From positions 256,742,001 through 256,806,000 of the forward strand of contig OZ024742.1 of the NCBI GenBank assembly GCA_964016885.1: 64,000 bases of DNA, read 5' to 3'. The position numbers and the translations under genes were made by a program. The notes under the pieces are model-generated. The model was not told where the DNA came from and made no database searches. It saw nothing but the letters and a program-made list of their open reading frames with translations. This document shows positions 13,875 through 27,570 of the stretch, piece after piece. Position 1 is the stretch's first letter. Each line of letters opens with the position of its first letter. The stretch comes from Eledone cirrhosa (taxonomy: Eukaryota).

Positions 13875-14055
13875 TTTGGCACAAGGCCAGCAATTATCCC
13901 AGTGTATTATTGGTACTTTATTTTATCGACCTTGTAATGATGAAAGGCAAAGTTAACCTCGGCGAGATTTAAAATCTGAAGGTAAAATGCCGCAACTTTC
14001 TGCTGCAACGCTTGGCGTCAGACCTTCTACAGATACTGGCAATCCACCGCCCTTG
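13875..14055 (-). mobile_element. Octopus-type SINE remnant; related decayed copies near 29330, 29735, 31225, 32725, 55465
   Basis: ggtactttattttatcgacc..gatgaaaggcaaagttaacctcggcg; reverse complements (gttcaaat..ctttgtctttc..gataaaataaagta) recur; recognised from memory. Confidence 0.55.
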
Positions 14056-14654
14056 ATACATTATCGGCTAAGTTGAAGATCATACTATTAAATTTGGCTA
14101 TACTACTCATTTGATTTCTTAAATTTAAAGAGTGAGAAATCGACAAAACTCAATACATATTTAAAATGAATTCCATAGAGCATAACACATGCTCTATTTA
14201 CACAATCTATGAATCTTATTTTATTCTTTTAAATATGTGAAGCGTATATAATCAGAAACCTACATACATTTCTGAACAGCTTGATATATATATATGTGAA
14301 ATCGTTGAAATCCAATTATAAAATCCACACAATAATAATAGCTTTAGAAAATCGCCTAAAATTCATTTAGAAGGCAGAAAAATCTACAGAGAATTGAAAT
14401 ATCTATCTATTTAATTTTTGTCGTGCACGTAATACTCAGCTGCCACGTATTGTAGTGGTTATGCACTTGACCGAAGCTTAAAAGTTACACATTGTGATAT
14501 TCAGTAGTGGCTGCTTACAACTCGTGTCTAAGTGTCGTTAACGAGATTGTCTAACATTATCAATGCTGTAGCGATTGTGTCATTGAACTTTTACGTTTTG
14601 AATCTTAAAATCGGGAAATCATACGAACGCAATAATAATACAATACATCGCAAG

Positions 14655-14775
<121 letters not shown>

Positions 14776-17700
14776 AGAAATTGGAATAAATGCTCTGAAA
14801 TAGCGATATATATGTGAATTTAGACATAGAATATTCGAAAATATTCTGTATGTTTATAATAAACATTTTGAAGACCTAATCGCTATAGAATAGAATACGT
14901 CACGTATTACAATTAGATTCTCGATAAAAGCAAGGGAAGTAATCTACGCGTTTCATTCTTGTTAGAAATCTTCAGGACTACATATCCAGTGCTTTTATCG
15001 AGAATGACACAGCTAGAGACTTATAGAATACTTAGCTGTGTACAGGAACTGGTTTGAAAGAGCGGTTGCCGGTCCGGCAGAAATTAGAAATTGGAATAAA
15101 TGCTCTGAAATAGCGATATATATGTGAATATAGACATAGAATATTCGAAAATATTCTGTATGTTTATAATAAACATTTTGAAGACCTAATCGCTATAGAA
15201 TAGAATACGTCACGTATTACAATTAGATTCTCGATAAAAGCAAGGGAAGTAATCTACGCGTTTCATTCTTGTTAGAAATCTTCAGGACTACATATCCAGT
15301 GCTTTTATCGAGAATGACACAGCTAGAGACTTATAGAATACTTAGCTGTGTACAGGAACTGGTTTGAAAGAGCGGTTGCCGGTCCGGCAGAAATTAGAAA
15401 TTGGAATAAATGCTCTGAAATAGCGATATATATGTGAATATAGACATAGAATATTCGAAAATATTCTGTATGTTTATAATAAACATTTTGAAGACCTAAT
15501 CGCTATAGAATAGAATACGTCACGTATTACAATTAGATTCTCGATAAAAGCAAGGGAAGTAATCTACGCGTTTCATTCTTGTTAGAAATCTTCAGGACTA
15601 CATATCCAGTGCTTTTATCGAGAATGACACAGCTAGAGACTTATAGAATACTTAGCTGTGTACAGGAACTGGTTTGAAAGAGCGGTTGCCGGTCCGGCAG
15701 AAATTAGAAATTGGAATAAATGCTCTGAAATAGCGATATATATGTGAATATAGACATAGAATATTCGAAAATATTCTGTATGTTTATAATAAACATTTTG
15801 AAGACCTAATCGCTATAGAATAGAATACGTCACGTATTACAATTAGATTCTCGATAAAAGCAAGGGAAGTAATCTACGCGTTTCATTCTTGTTAGAAATC
15901 TTCAGGACTACATATCCAGTGCTTTTATCGAGAATGACACAGCTAGAGACTTATAGAATACTTAGCTGTGTACAGGAACTGGTTTGAAAGAGCGGTTGCC
16001 GGTCCGGCAGAAATTAGAAATTGGAATAAATGCTCTGAAATAGCGATATATATGTGAATATAGACATAGAATATTCGAAAATATTCTGTATGTTTATAAT
16101 AAACATTTTGAAGACCTAATCGCTATAGAATAGAATACGTCACGTATTACAATTAGATTCTCGATAAAAGCAAGGGAAGTAATCTACGCGTTTCATTCTT
16201 GTTAGAAATCTTCAGGACTACATATCCAGTGCTTTTATCGAGAATGGCACAGCTAGAGACTTATAGAATACTTAGCTGTGTACAGGAACTGGTTTGAAAG
16301 AGCGGTTGCCGGTCCGGCAGAAATTAGAAATTGGAATAAATGGTCTGAAATAGCGATATATATGTGAATATAGACATAGAATATTCGAAAATATTCTGTA
16401 TGTTTATAATAAACATTTTGAAGACCTAATCGCTATAGAATAGAATACGTCACGTATTACAATTAGATTCTCGATAAAAGCAAGGGAAGTAATCTACGCG
16501 TTTCATTCTTGTTAGAAATCTTCAGGACTACATATCCAGTGCTTTTATCGAGAATGACACAGCTAGAGACTTATAGAATACTTAGCTGTGTACAGGAACT
16601 GGTTTGAAAGAGCGGTTGCCGGTCCGGCAGAAATTAGAAATTGGAATAAATGCTCTGAAATAGCGATATATATGTGAATATAGACATAGAATATTCGAAA
16701 ATATTCTGTATGTTTATAATAAACATTTTGAAGACCTAATCGCTATAGAATAGAATACGTCACGTATTACAATTAGATTCTCGATAAAAGCAAGGGAAGT
16801 AATCTACGCGTTTCATTCTTGTTAGAAATCTTCAGGACTACATATCCAGTGCTTTTATCGAGAATGACACAGCTAGAGACTTATAGAATACTTAGCTGTG
16901 TACAGGAACTGGAATTTCTGCCGGACCGGCAACCGCTCTTTCAAACCAGTTCCTGTACACAGCTAAGTATTCTATAAGTCTCTAGCTGTGTCATTCTCGA
17001 TAAAAGCACTGGATATGTAGTCCTGAAGATTTCTAACAAGAATGAAACGCGTAGATTACTTCCCTTGCTTTTATCGAGAATCTAATTGTAATACGTGACG
17101 TATTCTATTCTATAGCGATTAGGTCTTCAAAATGTTTATTATAAACATACAGAATATTTTCGAATATTCTATGTCTATATTCACATATATATCGCTATTT
17201 CAGAGCATTTATTCCAATTTCTAATTTCTGCCGGACCGGCAACCGCTCTTTCAAACCAGTTCCTGTACACAGCTAAGTATTCTATAAGTCTCTAGCTGTG
17301 TCATTCTCGATAAAAGCACTGGATATGTAGTCCTGAAGATTTCTAACAAGAATGAAACGCGTAGATTACTTCCCTTGCTTTTATCGAGAATCTAATTGTA
17401 ATACGTGACGTATTCTATTCTATAGCGATTAGGTCTTCAAAATGTTTATTATAAACATACAGAATATTTTCGAATATTCTATGTCTATATTCACATATAT
17501 ATCGCTATTTCAGAGCATTTATTCCAATTTCTAATTTCTGCCGGACCGGCAACCGCTCTTTCAAACCAGTTCCTGTACACAGCTAAGTATTCTATAAGTC
17601 TCTAGCTGTGTCATTCTCGATAAAAGCACTGGATATGTAGTCCTGAAGATTTCTAACAAGAATGAAACGCGTAGATTACTTCCCTTGCTTTTATCGAGAA

Positions 17701-17799
17701 TCTAATTGTAATACGTGACGTATTCTATTCTATAGCGATTAGGTCTTCAAAATGTTTACTATAAACATACAGAATATTTTCGAATATTCTATGTCTATA

Positions 17800-17803
<4 letters not shown>
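14776..17803. repeat. 310-bp tandem array (about 6.9 units plus about 2.9 inverted units), one HHR per unit: candidate non-LTR retrozyme
   Basis: Unit starts at 14776, 15086, 15396, 15706, 16016, 16326, 16636; inversion at 16912/16913; (AT)n on both sides. Confidence 0.95.
17017..17059 (+). ncRNA. Minimal type I HHR of the 310-bp unit (also 17327, 17637 on +; 14939-14981 + n*310 on -)
   Basis: gtagtc-CTGAAGA-tttct aaca agaat-GAAAC-gc-GTA-gattac; palindromic stem III ACGCGT. Confidence 0.9.
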
Positions 17804-17894
<91 letters not shown>

Positions 17895-17906
17895 GTACAT
17901 ATGTAC

Positions 17907-17937
<31 letters not shown>

Positions 17938-17940
17938 TAT

Positions 17941-20060
17941 AAAGAATGAATAATAACAGGTACTCATCATAAAAAGGTAATTTATTCCGTGTGCTTACAA
18001 ATGATTCCACGGTGGTACTACAGCCTATTTATGCTATGTGCAAATTTACAACTATTTGCAGAGCTCAAATATCCAATGCTGTGACCACTGTATCCTCAGA
18101 GTAGAATGGTTAAAATGTACAATGTAAATACCCTTAAGTGGGGTGGTTTGAGAAGATAGAGTAGAAAGGGAAGAGAGAAAAGTAGGGGAGAGGGAGAGAG
18201 AGAAAGATATGCAGGTGTTGGAGAAATAGGAGAGAGTGGTTTGTAGATATCTTAATCAAAATGTTATGGTAGGGGTTTTATTATACTGGTTACTTTTGAA
18301 GAGATGCGTTGATAGTTAAGGTCGGAATTATTTATTTCCCCTGAGGGCAGGTTCATAGATGTGGAGAGGGAGGGAGGTAGGCCAAAGGCGAGAGAGAGAG
18401 TGTAATGGATGTAGAGAGAGAGACATAGAGAGGGGACAGACGAAGTCGATGTGGTGAGTGAACTTTGGGTTCGTAGCAATAATCTGCGAATTGCACTGAG
18501 ATACCATTTATAGTGATAAGCAGTGTATTGTCTTCTAGTGTGGGGGAAGAAAAGGTGGTTAGCTAGAGAGCGATGTTATAGTTACGGGTTCGAATGTTAA
18601 GTTATATTATAGTGAGAGAACTTCGCTTTTAATTTGTCGTTGCAGTATAATTATCGTGCAGTGGAGTATGATAGTCTAATAGTTTTAGAGTTCAGAATTT
18701 TGCTGTATTTATGGAAACTAGGGAAATGTTTGTTTATTAACTTAAAGAATGAAAGAGATAGACTATCATACTCCACGGCACCAAACCTTGAAGCATACAT
18801 AAAAAAACTCAACTTAAAGCAATTAAACAACACTACAAAACAAAATATTTTAGTAACAGGAGGGCAGAACGTAATATCTTCCTCCCAACCACTAAATGGG
18901 AGACGGGTATTATACAATCCACCTGTACTGCTATCACAACCTATCAATGGTATACTCGCTACCCACAACGTAGAATGTAACTGCCATCTACCTGAAAGAT
19001 GTCCATTGAAGAATGAATGCCTAAAATCCAACATTGTTTACCAATGTACGGTTGAATCGAACGACCAGAAATGGTATTATATCGGACTACCACCACCTCT
19101 TTTAAATCTCGCTGGTACCGTCATCGATTCTCAATTAAACATCCTAATCACCATTTTGTGACCACGCTCGCCAACAAGACCTGGCAACTCGGTGAACGCA
19201 ACCAACAGATCACCTTAAAATGGGATATACTTTCCAGCGCAACTGCATATCGGAGTGGATTGGAGTACTGTAGGTTATGTAACCTTGAACTCTTTTACAT
19301 ATTAAAATCCAAAATCAAACTACTTAACGATAGAATTGAACGATCATTATACTGCAACCACAAACTAAAAGCTAAACTCTCTCACTATAAAATAACTTAA
19401 CATTCGAACACGTAACTATAACATCGCTCTCTAGTTAACCACCTTTTCTTCCCCCACAGTACAAGGCAATACACTGCTTATCACTATAAATAGTAACTCA
19501 GTGCAATTCGCAGATTACTACTACGAACCCAAAGTTCACTCACCACATATACTTCGTCTGTCCCCTCTCTATCTCTCTCTCTCTACATCCATTACACTCT
19601 CTCTCTCTCGCCTTTGTCCTACCCCCCTCCCTCTCCACATCTGTAAACCTGCCCTCTGGGGCAATAAATAATTCCGACCATAACTATCAACGCATCTTTC
19701 CAAAAGGAACCGGTATAATAAAACCCCTACCATAACATTTTGATTAAGATATCTACAAACCACTCTCTCCTATTTCTCCAACCCCTGCATATCTTTCTCT
19801 CTCTCTCCCTCTCCCCTACTTTTCTCTCTACTTTTCTACTCTATCTTCTCCAACAACCCCACTTAAGGGTATTTACATTGTACAGTTTAACCATTCTACT
19901 CTGAGGATACAGTGGTCACAGCATTGGATATTTGAGATCTGCAAATAGTTGTAAATTTGCACATAGCATAACTAGGCTGTAGTACCACCGTGGAAACATT
20001 TGTAAGCACACGGAATAAATTACCTTTTTATGATGTCTACCTGTTATTATTCATTCTTTA
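17941..20060 (+). mobile_element. 5'-truncated Naiad-like PLE: GIY-YIG fragment (about 18760-19400, frameshifted), 3' pLTR, and inverted pLTR copy (17941-18690)
   Basis: CNCHLPERCPLKNEC, IVYQC..YYIG, FKSRWYRH, CRLCNLE, CNH; long inverted repeat. Confidence 0.85.
19896..20009 (+). ncRNA. HHR with extended stem II in PLE pLTR
   Basis: CTGAGGA-tacagtggt...accaccgtg-GAAAC-attt-GTA-agcac; stem I weak; the inverted copy has GAATC. Confidence 0.55.
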
Positions 20061-21022
20061 TAAACACTCCGTAATACAGAAGGATCAGGAATTAAGTTTC
20101 TTCAACAATTCTTCCATAACTCGTAGAGTAACCTCTCACCGAACGTCAACCATATCCAGTGTAGTAATTAACCATTACTACATCTAGGATAATCCTATAC
20201 CTAAATATATATATATATATATATGTATTTATTAAAATAACAGATTAAAGTTTAAGCAAAGAATCGCTGCTTTCACCCTTAACGGGATCTTCTGAAACTA
20301 ACAAAGTCAATCTGTAAACGCACAAGTGGATATTTAAAAAAACGTTGCAACCGGAGGAAGACAGGTAGACGATACTTTGGTTCGTGGAAACGCTCCCTGG
20401 CAAATAACGGGAAAAAACGAATATAATACGTCATTAATAGGAGCGGTGAAAAACAATTACGCGCAAAGACAGAACCACGTTTATGCTATAAAAGAGGTCG
20501 TAGACTAATGTTCCCTTAGGTGGTTTATAGAGACGTTCTCTGGCAATGAAACGAAGATAATATGTCATATGTGGAGCGTGGAGAACAATTGCACGCAAAG
20601 ATAAACCACGTAAATTGTACAGCAGAAGTCGTAGTCTAAAATTCTAACTAGGAGACCGAATGAATCTCCGCTTCAGAGTTAAGAACAAAGTAAATAAATA
20701 CGATACAGAGGTAATAGAAATTAAATAAATACATGCACGCATACAAATATGTACATACACAAGCATACACGAAAACACTTACCATAGGTATACAAAACCA
20801 CGCACATATAAATATGTGTGTTTGTGTGTGCGTGTATACAAATAAATAAATAATTAAATAAACGTATATAAATAAATAAATACATATATAACAAGCGTAC
20901 GCACATATCTACATGTAAATATATATATATATATATATATTCATATGTATATATATATATATATATATATATTCATATGTATATATATATATATATATAT
21001 TCATATGTATATATATATATTC

Positions 21023-21129
<107 letters not shown>

Positions 21130-21187
21130 CATATGTATTTATATATATATATATATGTATTTATATATATATATATATATATGTATT

Positions 21188-21303
<116 letters not shown>

Positions 21304-21329
21304 TATTTATATATATATATATATATATG

Positions 21330-21380
<51 letters not shown>

Positions 21381-21385
21381 GTATT

Positions 21386-21416
<31 letters not shown>

Positions 21417-21417
21417 G

Positions 21418-21454
<37 letters not shown>

Positions 21455-21464
21455 GTATTTATAT

Positions 21465-23112
21465 ATGTGCGTTTTTCACCGCTAGTTGACTCCTTTGCCG
21501 CCAGGATAAAACTCGTTGACGACGTAAACTCCATTCCACTTATTCTAGTAGGCTTTTATATTTATATGTGAGCTGATAGAGTACTGTCTAAGGATTTACA
21601 GAAACCCATGAAGCTAGATTTAACACCTTTCTAGTGGGTCCGGGTATGATTTTACATTCATTTAAATTATTGACGTATTGTTTTATTGATATTTTTTATC
21701 TGTTTGGCCCGAATCTTCCTTTATCGATTTTAATTCGTATGGTTGATTGTAGACTTGTTCTATATGTGACGGTATTTTAACGATAGTTATAGCTCTGATT
21801 CATCTGAATTATTGAGCCCTCTGCCGCTCATATCGGATTTCGTTTTTCGTTAACTCGTGCGCCGATTTTTCGATACTCGATCTTTCTAATATATTTAGCT
21901 CTGGACATAGCTATCCACCAGTTAATTTTATTGCTCATATTTTGTCGATTCTATTGAGTGATGAATAGCTTTTGTTTTATTTTAACATGTCTATTGAGCA
22001 CTCTAATTCGATATGTGTATTTCCACATTCACTCGAATTATTTTCGCGGATATAGGGGTCATCTCCCTTGTCTAATGCCATGTGCGTTTTTCACCGCTAG
22101 TTGACTCCTTTGCCGCCAGGATAAAACTCGTTGACGACGTAAACTCCATTCCACTTATTCTAGTAGGCTTTTATATTTATATGTGAGCTGATAGAGTACT
22201 GTCTAAGGATTTACAGAAACCCATGAAGCTAGATTTAACACCTTTCTAGTGGGTCCGGGTATGATTTTACATTCATTTAAATTATTGACGTATTGTTTTA
22301 TTGATATTTTTTATCTGTTTGGCCCGAATCTTCCTTTATCGATTTTAATTCGTATGGTTGATTGTAGACTTGTTCTATATGTGACGGTATTTTAACGATA
22401 GTTATAGCTCTGATTCATCTGAATTATTGAGCCCTCTGCCGCTCATATCGGATTTCGTTTTTCGTTAACTCGTGCGCCGATTTTTCGATACTCGATCTTT
22501 CTAATATATTTAGCTCTGGACATAGCTATCCACCAGTTAATTTTATTGCTCATATTTTGTCGATTCTATTGAGTGATGAATAGCTTTTGTTTTATTTTAA
22601 CATGTCTATTGAGCACTCTAATTCGATATGTGTATTTCCACATTCACTCGAATTATTTTCGCGGATATAGGGGTCATCTCCCTTGTCTAATGCCATGTGC
22701 GTTTTTCACCGCTAGTTGACTCCTTTGCCGCCAGGATAAAACTCGTTGACGACGTAAACTCCATTCCACTTATTCTAGTAGGCTTTTATATTTATATGTG
22801 AGCTGATAGAGTACTGTCTAAGGATTTACAGAAACCCATGAAGCTAGATTTAACACCTTTCTAGTGGGTCCGGGTATGATTTTACATTCATTTAAATTAT
22901 TGACGTATTGTTTTATTGATATTTTTTATCTGTTTGGCCCGAATCTTCCTTTATCGATTTTAAATCGTATGGTTGATTGTAGACTTGTTCTATATGTGAC
23001 GGTATTTTAACGATAGTTATAGCTCTGATTCATCTGAATTATTGAGCCCTCTGCCGCTCATATCGGATTTCGTTTTTCGTTAACTCGTGCGCCGATTTTT
23101 CGATACTCGATC

Positions 23113-23120
<8 letters not shown>
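21465..23120 (+). repeat. 615-bp tandem array (about 2.7 units), one variant HHR per unit
   Basis: Unit starts at 21465, 22080, 22695; flanked by (AT)n. Confidence 0.95.
21511..21645 (+). ncRNA. Type I HHR with variant core UUGACGA and long stems II/III (also 22126, 22741)
   Basis: actcg-TTGACGA-c-gtaaactcc..ggatttac-a-GAAAC-cca..ctaga..tctag-tgg-GTC-cgggt. Confidence 0.7.
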
Positions 23121-23150
<30 letters not shown>

Positions 23151-23151
23151 G

Positions 23152-23230
<79 letters not shown>

Positions 23231-23368
23231 TAGAAAGTGAGGTTTTTTTTTAAAAAATGAAAAATAACCGAGGTGTCCTACACGAGTGAAAGTATAAAGA
23301 AAAAGAGATGAAATCGAAAATGCAACTGAAGTCTTATTTTTATTAAAAATATATATATTTATTTTGTT

Positions 23369-23406
23369 CCTTTACCGGTTTCGCAGTTCTTCTGCTTTTC
23401 AAAAGG
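23369..23406 (-). ncRNA. Minimal HHR, U3-A8 variant, in a dispersed repeat of about 200 bp (second copy 33830-34045)
   Basis: cctt-TTGAAAA-gcag aagaa ctgc-GAAAC-cg-GTA-aagg; all three stems pair. Confidence 0.75.
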
Positions 23407-23470
23407 TGAGTTGAGATGGAGGGTCTGTGGTTTTTATATACATATGTATTTATATATATATATATATATA

Positions 23471-25358
23471 TAAACGGAAAAAATGAAACGATATTTCATT
23501 TCCCACACTTAGTACGGCTGTTACTTAAATATAATTATGTACACGTACATACATATATGTATACCGACGTACAGTAGTATGTATATATATATATATATAC
23601 ATACATGCACACATATATATATGCCCGTATGGATTCACCGAACATTTATTATAATGCTCGGTGTGTTTGTAAACAAACATACCGTATTAAGCCGTAGTGT
23701 CTAGCAACCACCGTTGCTCGTTTGTTCAACACTGACAAAGGAACGCTGTACTAGTTTCAAGCTTGTTAGCTATCGTCAGCAACGTATACCTTCCTGCCAG
23801 ATTGTTGAACGTATATACTTACCTTATGCATATTAACGGCTGAGTAGCCCAATTTGCATATCGAGTGGGTTAATCGGCCGGGTGCACCGAAAACGATAAA
23901 CGGAAAAAATGAAACGATATTTCATTTCCCACTCTTACTACGGCTGTTACTTAAATATAAGTATGTACACGTACATACATATATGTATACCGACGTACAG
24001 TAGTATGTATATATATATATATATACATACATGCACACATATATATATGCCCGTATGGATTCACCGAACATTTATTATAATGCTCGGTGTGTTTGTAAAC
24101 AAACATACCGTATTAAGCCGTAGTGTCTAGCAACCACCGTTGCTCGTTTGTTCAACACTGACAAAGGAACGCTGTACTAGTTTCAAGCTTGTTAGCTATC
24201 GTCAGCAACGTATACCTTCCTGCCAGATTGTTGAACGTATATACTTACCTTATGCATATTAACGGCTGAGTAGCCCAATTTGCATATCGAGTGGGTTAAT
24301 CGGCCGGGTGCACCGAAAACGATAAACGGAAAAAAATGAAACGATATTTCATTTCCCACTGTTAGTACGGCTGTTACTTAAATATAAGTATGTACATGTA
24401 CATACATATATGTATACCGACGTACAGTAGTATGTATATATATATATACATACATGCACACATATATATATGCACGTATGGATTCACCGAACATTTATTA
24501 TAATGCTCGGTGTGTTTGTAAACAAACATCCCGTATTAAGCCATAGTGTCTAGCAACCACCGTTGCTCGTTTGTTCAACACTGACAAAGGAACGCTGTAC
24601 TAGTTTCAAGCTTGTTAGCTATCGTCAGCAACGTATACCTTCCTGCCAGATTGTTGAACGTATATACTTACCTCATGCATATTAACGGCTGAGTAGCCCA
24701 ATTTGCATATCGAGTGGGTTAATCGGCCGGGTGCACCGAAAACGATAAACGGAAAAAATGAAACGATATTTCATTTCCCACTCTTAGTACGGCTGTTACT
24801 TAAATATAAGTATGTACACGTACATACATATATGTATACCGACGTACAGTAGTATGTATATATATATATACATACATGCACACATATATATATGCACGTA
24901 TGGATTCACCGAACATTTATTATAATGCTCGGTGTGTTTGTAAATATCGTTTCATTTTTTCCGTTTATCGTTTTCGGTGCACCCGGCCGATTAACCGGCA
25001 CTTACTTAAATGTAAGTATGTGTGTATACGTACATACATATATGTATACAGTCGTACAGTAGCATGCATATATATATATATATATATACATACAGGTACA
25101 CATACATATATGCACGTATCAGTTTAGCAGACGCTTATTATAACGCCGCTTTGTTCGTTTGTAAACAAACTGAACAGCCTGAATTTTTATGCCGTACGGT
25201 GCTAAGGCAACCACGTCACCTTTTTGTTCAACACTGACACAGGAACGATGTACTAGTTTGAAGCTTGTTAGCTATCATCAGCACCGTATACCCATCTGCC
25301 AGATAGTTGAACGTTCGAAAGTATATAGCTCACTCAATATGCAAATTATGTGTACCTG

Positions 25359-25436
<78 letters not shown>

Positions 25437-25545
25437 TGCTACTGTACGTCTGTATACATATATGTATGTACGTATACACACATACTTACATTTAAGTAAG
25501 TGCCGTATAAGAGTGAGAAATGAAATTTCGTTTTCATTTTTTTTT
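23471..25545 (-). repeat. About 425-bp tandem array (about 3.5 units), short inversion, then a diverged subfamily copy; one HHR per unit
   Basis: aaacggaaaaaatgaaacgatat at about 23472, 23898, 24325, 24748; inversion at about 24944-24995; diverged copy 24996-25340 and inverted 25435-25545. Confidence 0.9.
23744..23784 (-). ncRNA. Minimal type I HHR of the 425-bp unit (also 24170, 24593; mutated copy near 25245)
   Basis: cgttg-CTGACGA-tagct aaca agctt-GAAAC-ta-GTA-cagcg; palindromic stem III ACTAGT. Confidence 0.9.
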
Positions 25546-25565
25546 CAACTATATATATATAAATA

Positions 25566-26666
25566 TATGTATTCCACATTTTCCCGAATATTTTTCGCGG
25601 ATATAGAGGTTATCTCCCTTGCTGAATTCCATGTGCGTTTTCAGCTGAGGTTGTGCTTTTTCATTCGTTCGGACAAAAGCTCGTTGATAAAGTAATTCCT
25701 GTCGTTGATAAAGTAATTCCTATAAGTCTTATATTTTTTATGTGGGCTGATAGTGGGCGGTTTAAGGATTTACAGAAACCCAAGAAGCTAGATTTATCAT
25801 CTTTCTAGCGGGTCCGGGTAAGCTTTTTACATTCTTATGATTTATTGATTTATTGATATTTTATCTGAGTGACCCGAATCTTCCAGATCGTAATTTTTCG
25901 GTCGTATGGTTGATTTTAGACATGATCTATGTGTGTTGGTATTTTAACGATAGTTATAGCTCTGATTTATCTGAATTATTGAGCCCTCTGCCACTCACAT
26001 CAAATTTTGTTTATCGTGAACTCGTGCGCCGATTTTTCGATACTCGATTATTCTACTATATTTAGCTCTAGACTTAGCTATTGACCAGTTAATTTCATCG
26101 TTCATTTTTTGTCGATTCTATTGAATGATGAATAGCTCTTGTTTATTTTAACATGTCTATTCAGCACTCTTATTCTATATGTGATTTTCCACATTTTCCC
26201 GAATATTTTTCGCGGATATAGAGGTTATCTCCCTTGCTGAATTCCATGTGCGTTTTCAGCTGAGGTTGTGCTTTTTTATTCGTTCGGACAAAAGCTCGTT
26301 GATAAAGAAATTCCTGTCCGCTGCTCCCTAGAAGTCTTATATTTTTTATGTGGGCTGATAGTGGGCGGTTTAAGGATTTACAGAAACCCAAGAAGCTAGA
26401 TTTACCATCTTTCTAGCGGGTCCCGGTAAGCTTTTTACATTCTTATGATTTATTGATTTATTGATATTTTATCTGAGTGACCCGAATCTTCCAGATCGTA
26501 ATTTTTCGGTCGTATGGTTGATTTTAGACATGATCTATGTGTGTTGGTATTTTAACGATAGTTATAGCTCTGATTTATCTGAATTATTGAGCCCTCTGCC
26601 ACTCACATCGAATTTTGTTTATTGTGAACTAGTGCGCCGATTTTTCGATACTCGATTATTCTACTA
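25566..26666 (+). repeat. Diverged subfamily of the 615-bp repeat (about 1.8 units); HHR core UUGAUAA at 25679-25819 and 26294-26427
   Basis: Collinear with 21465-23120; gctcg-TTGATAA-a-gtaattcc..ggatttac-a-GAAAC-cc..gctaga..tctagc-gg-GTC-cgggt. Confidence 0.85.
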
Positions 26667-26692
26667 TATATATATATATATATAAATATATG

Positions 26693-26724
<32 letters not shown>

Positions 26725-26902
26725 AATATATGTATATATATATATGTATATATAAATATATGTATATATATAAATATATGTATATATATATATATATATA
26801 AATATATGTATATATATAAATATATGTGTATATATATGTATATATATAAATATATGTATATATATATATATAAGTATATGTATATATATGTATATATATA
26901 TG

Positions 26903-26947
<45 letters not shown>

Positions 26948-26960
26948 GTATATATATATG

Positions 26961-27011
<51 letters not shown>

Positions 27012-27017
27012 GTATAA

Positions 27018-27058
<41 letters not shown>

Positions 27059-27112
27059 TAAGTATATGTATATATATGTATATATATATGTATATATATG
27101 TATATATATATG

Positions 27113-27246
<134 letters not shown>

Positions 27247-27509
27247 TGTATATATTTATATATATATATTCATGTTGAAAGTTCGTATTTCTAAAGAAAT
27301 ACGGGATGTTTATGGATACACGTTTAGAAAGCCCAAGATATGCAAAATGTGGGAGTTATCTCCCTCTGGTGGTGTCCGTCAGAAGCGAGGGGGCAACCAT
27401 CAATGTATTTCGAACCTAACTGATCCTTATGAGGACGACCCTCCCACATTTGCATCTTCTTTACTTAAAAACAGGCGAGTATATATAGTGTTCACCTCTC
27501 TCTCTCTCT

Positions 27510-27570
<61 letters not shown>

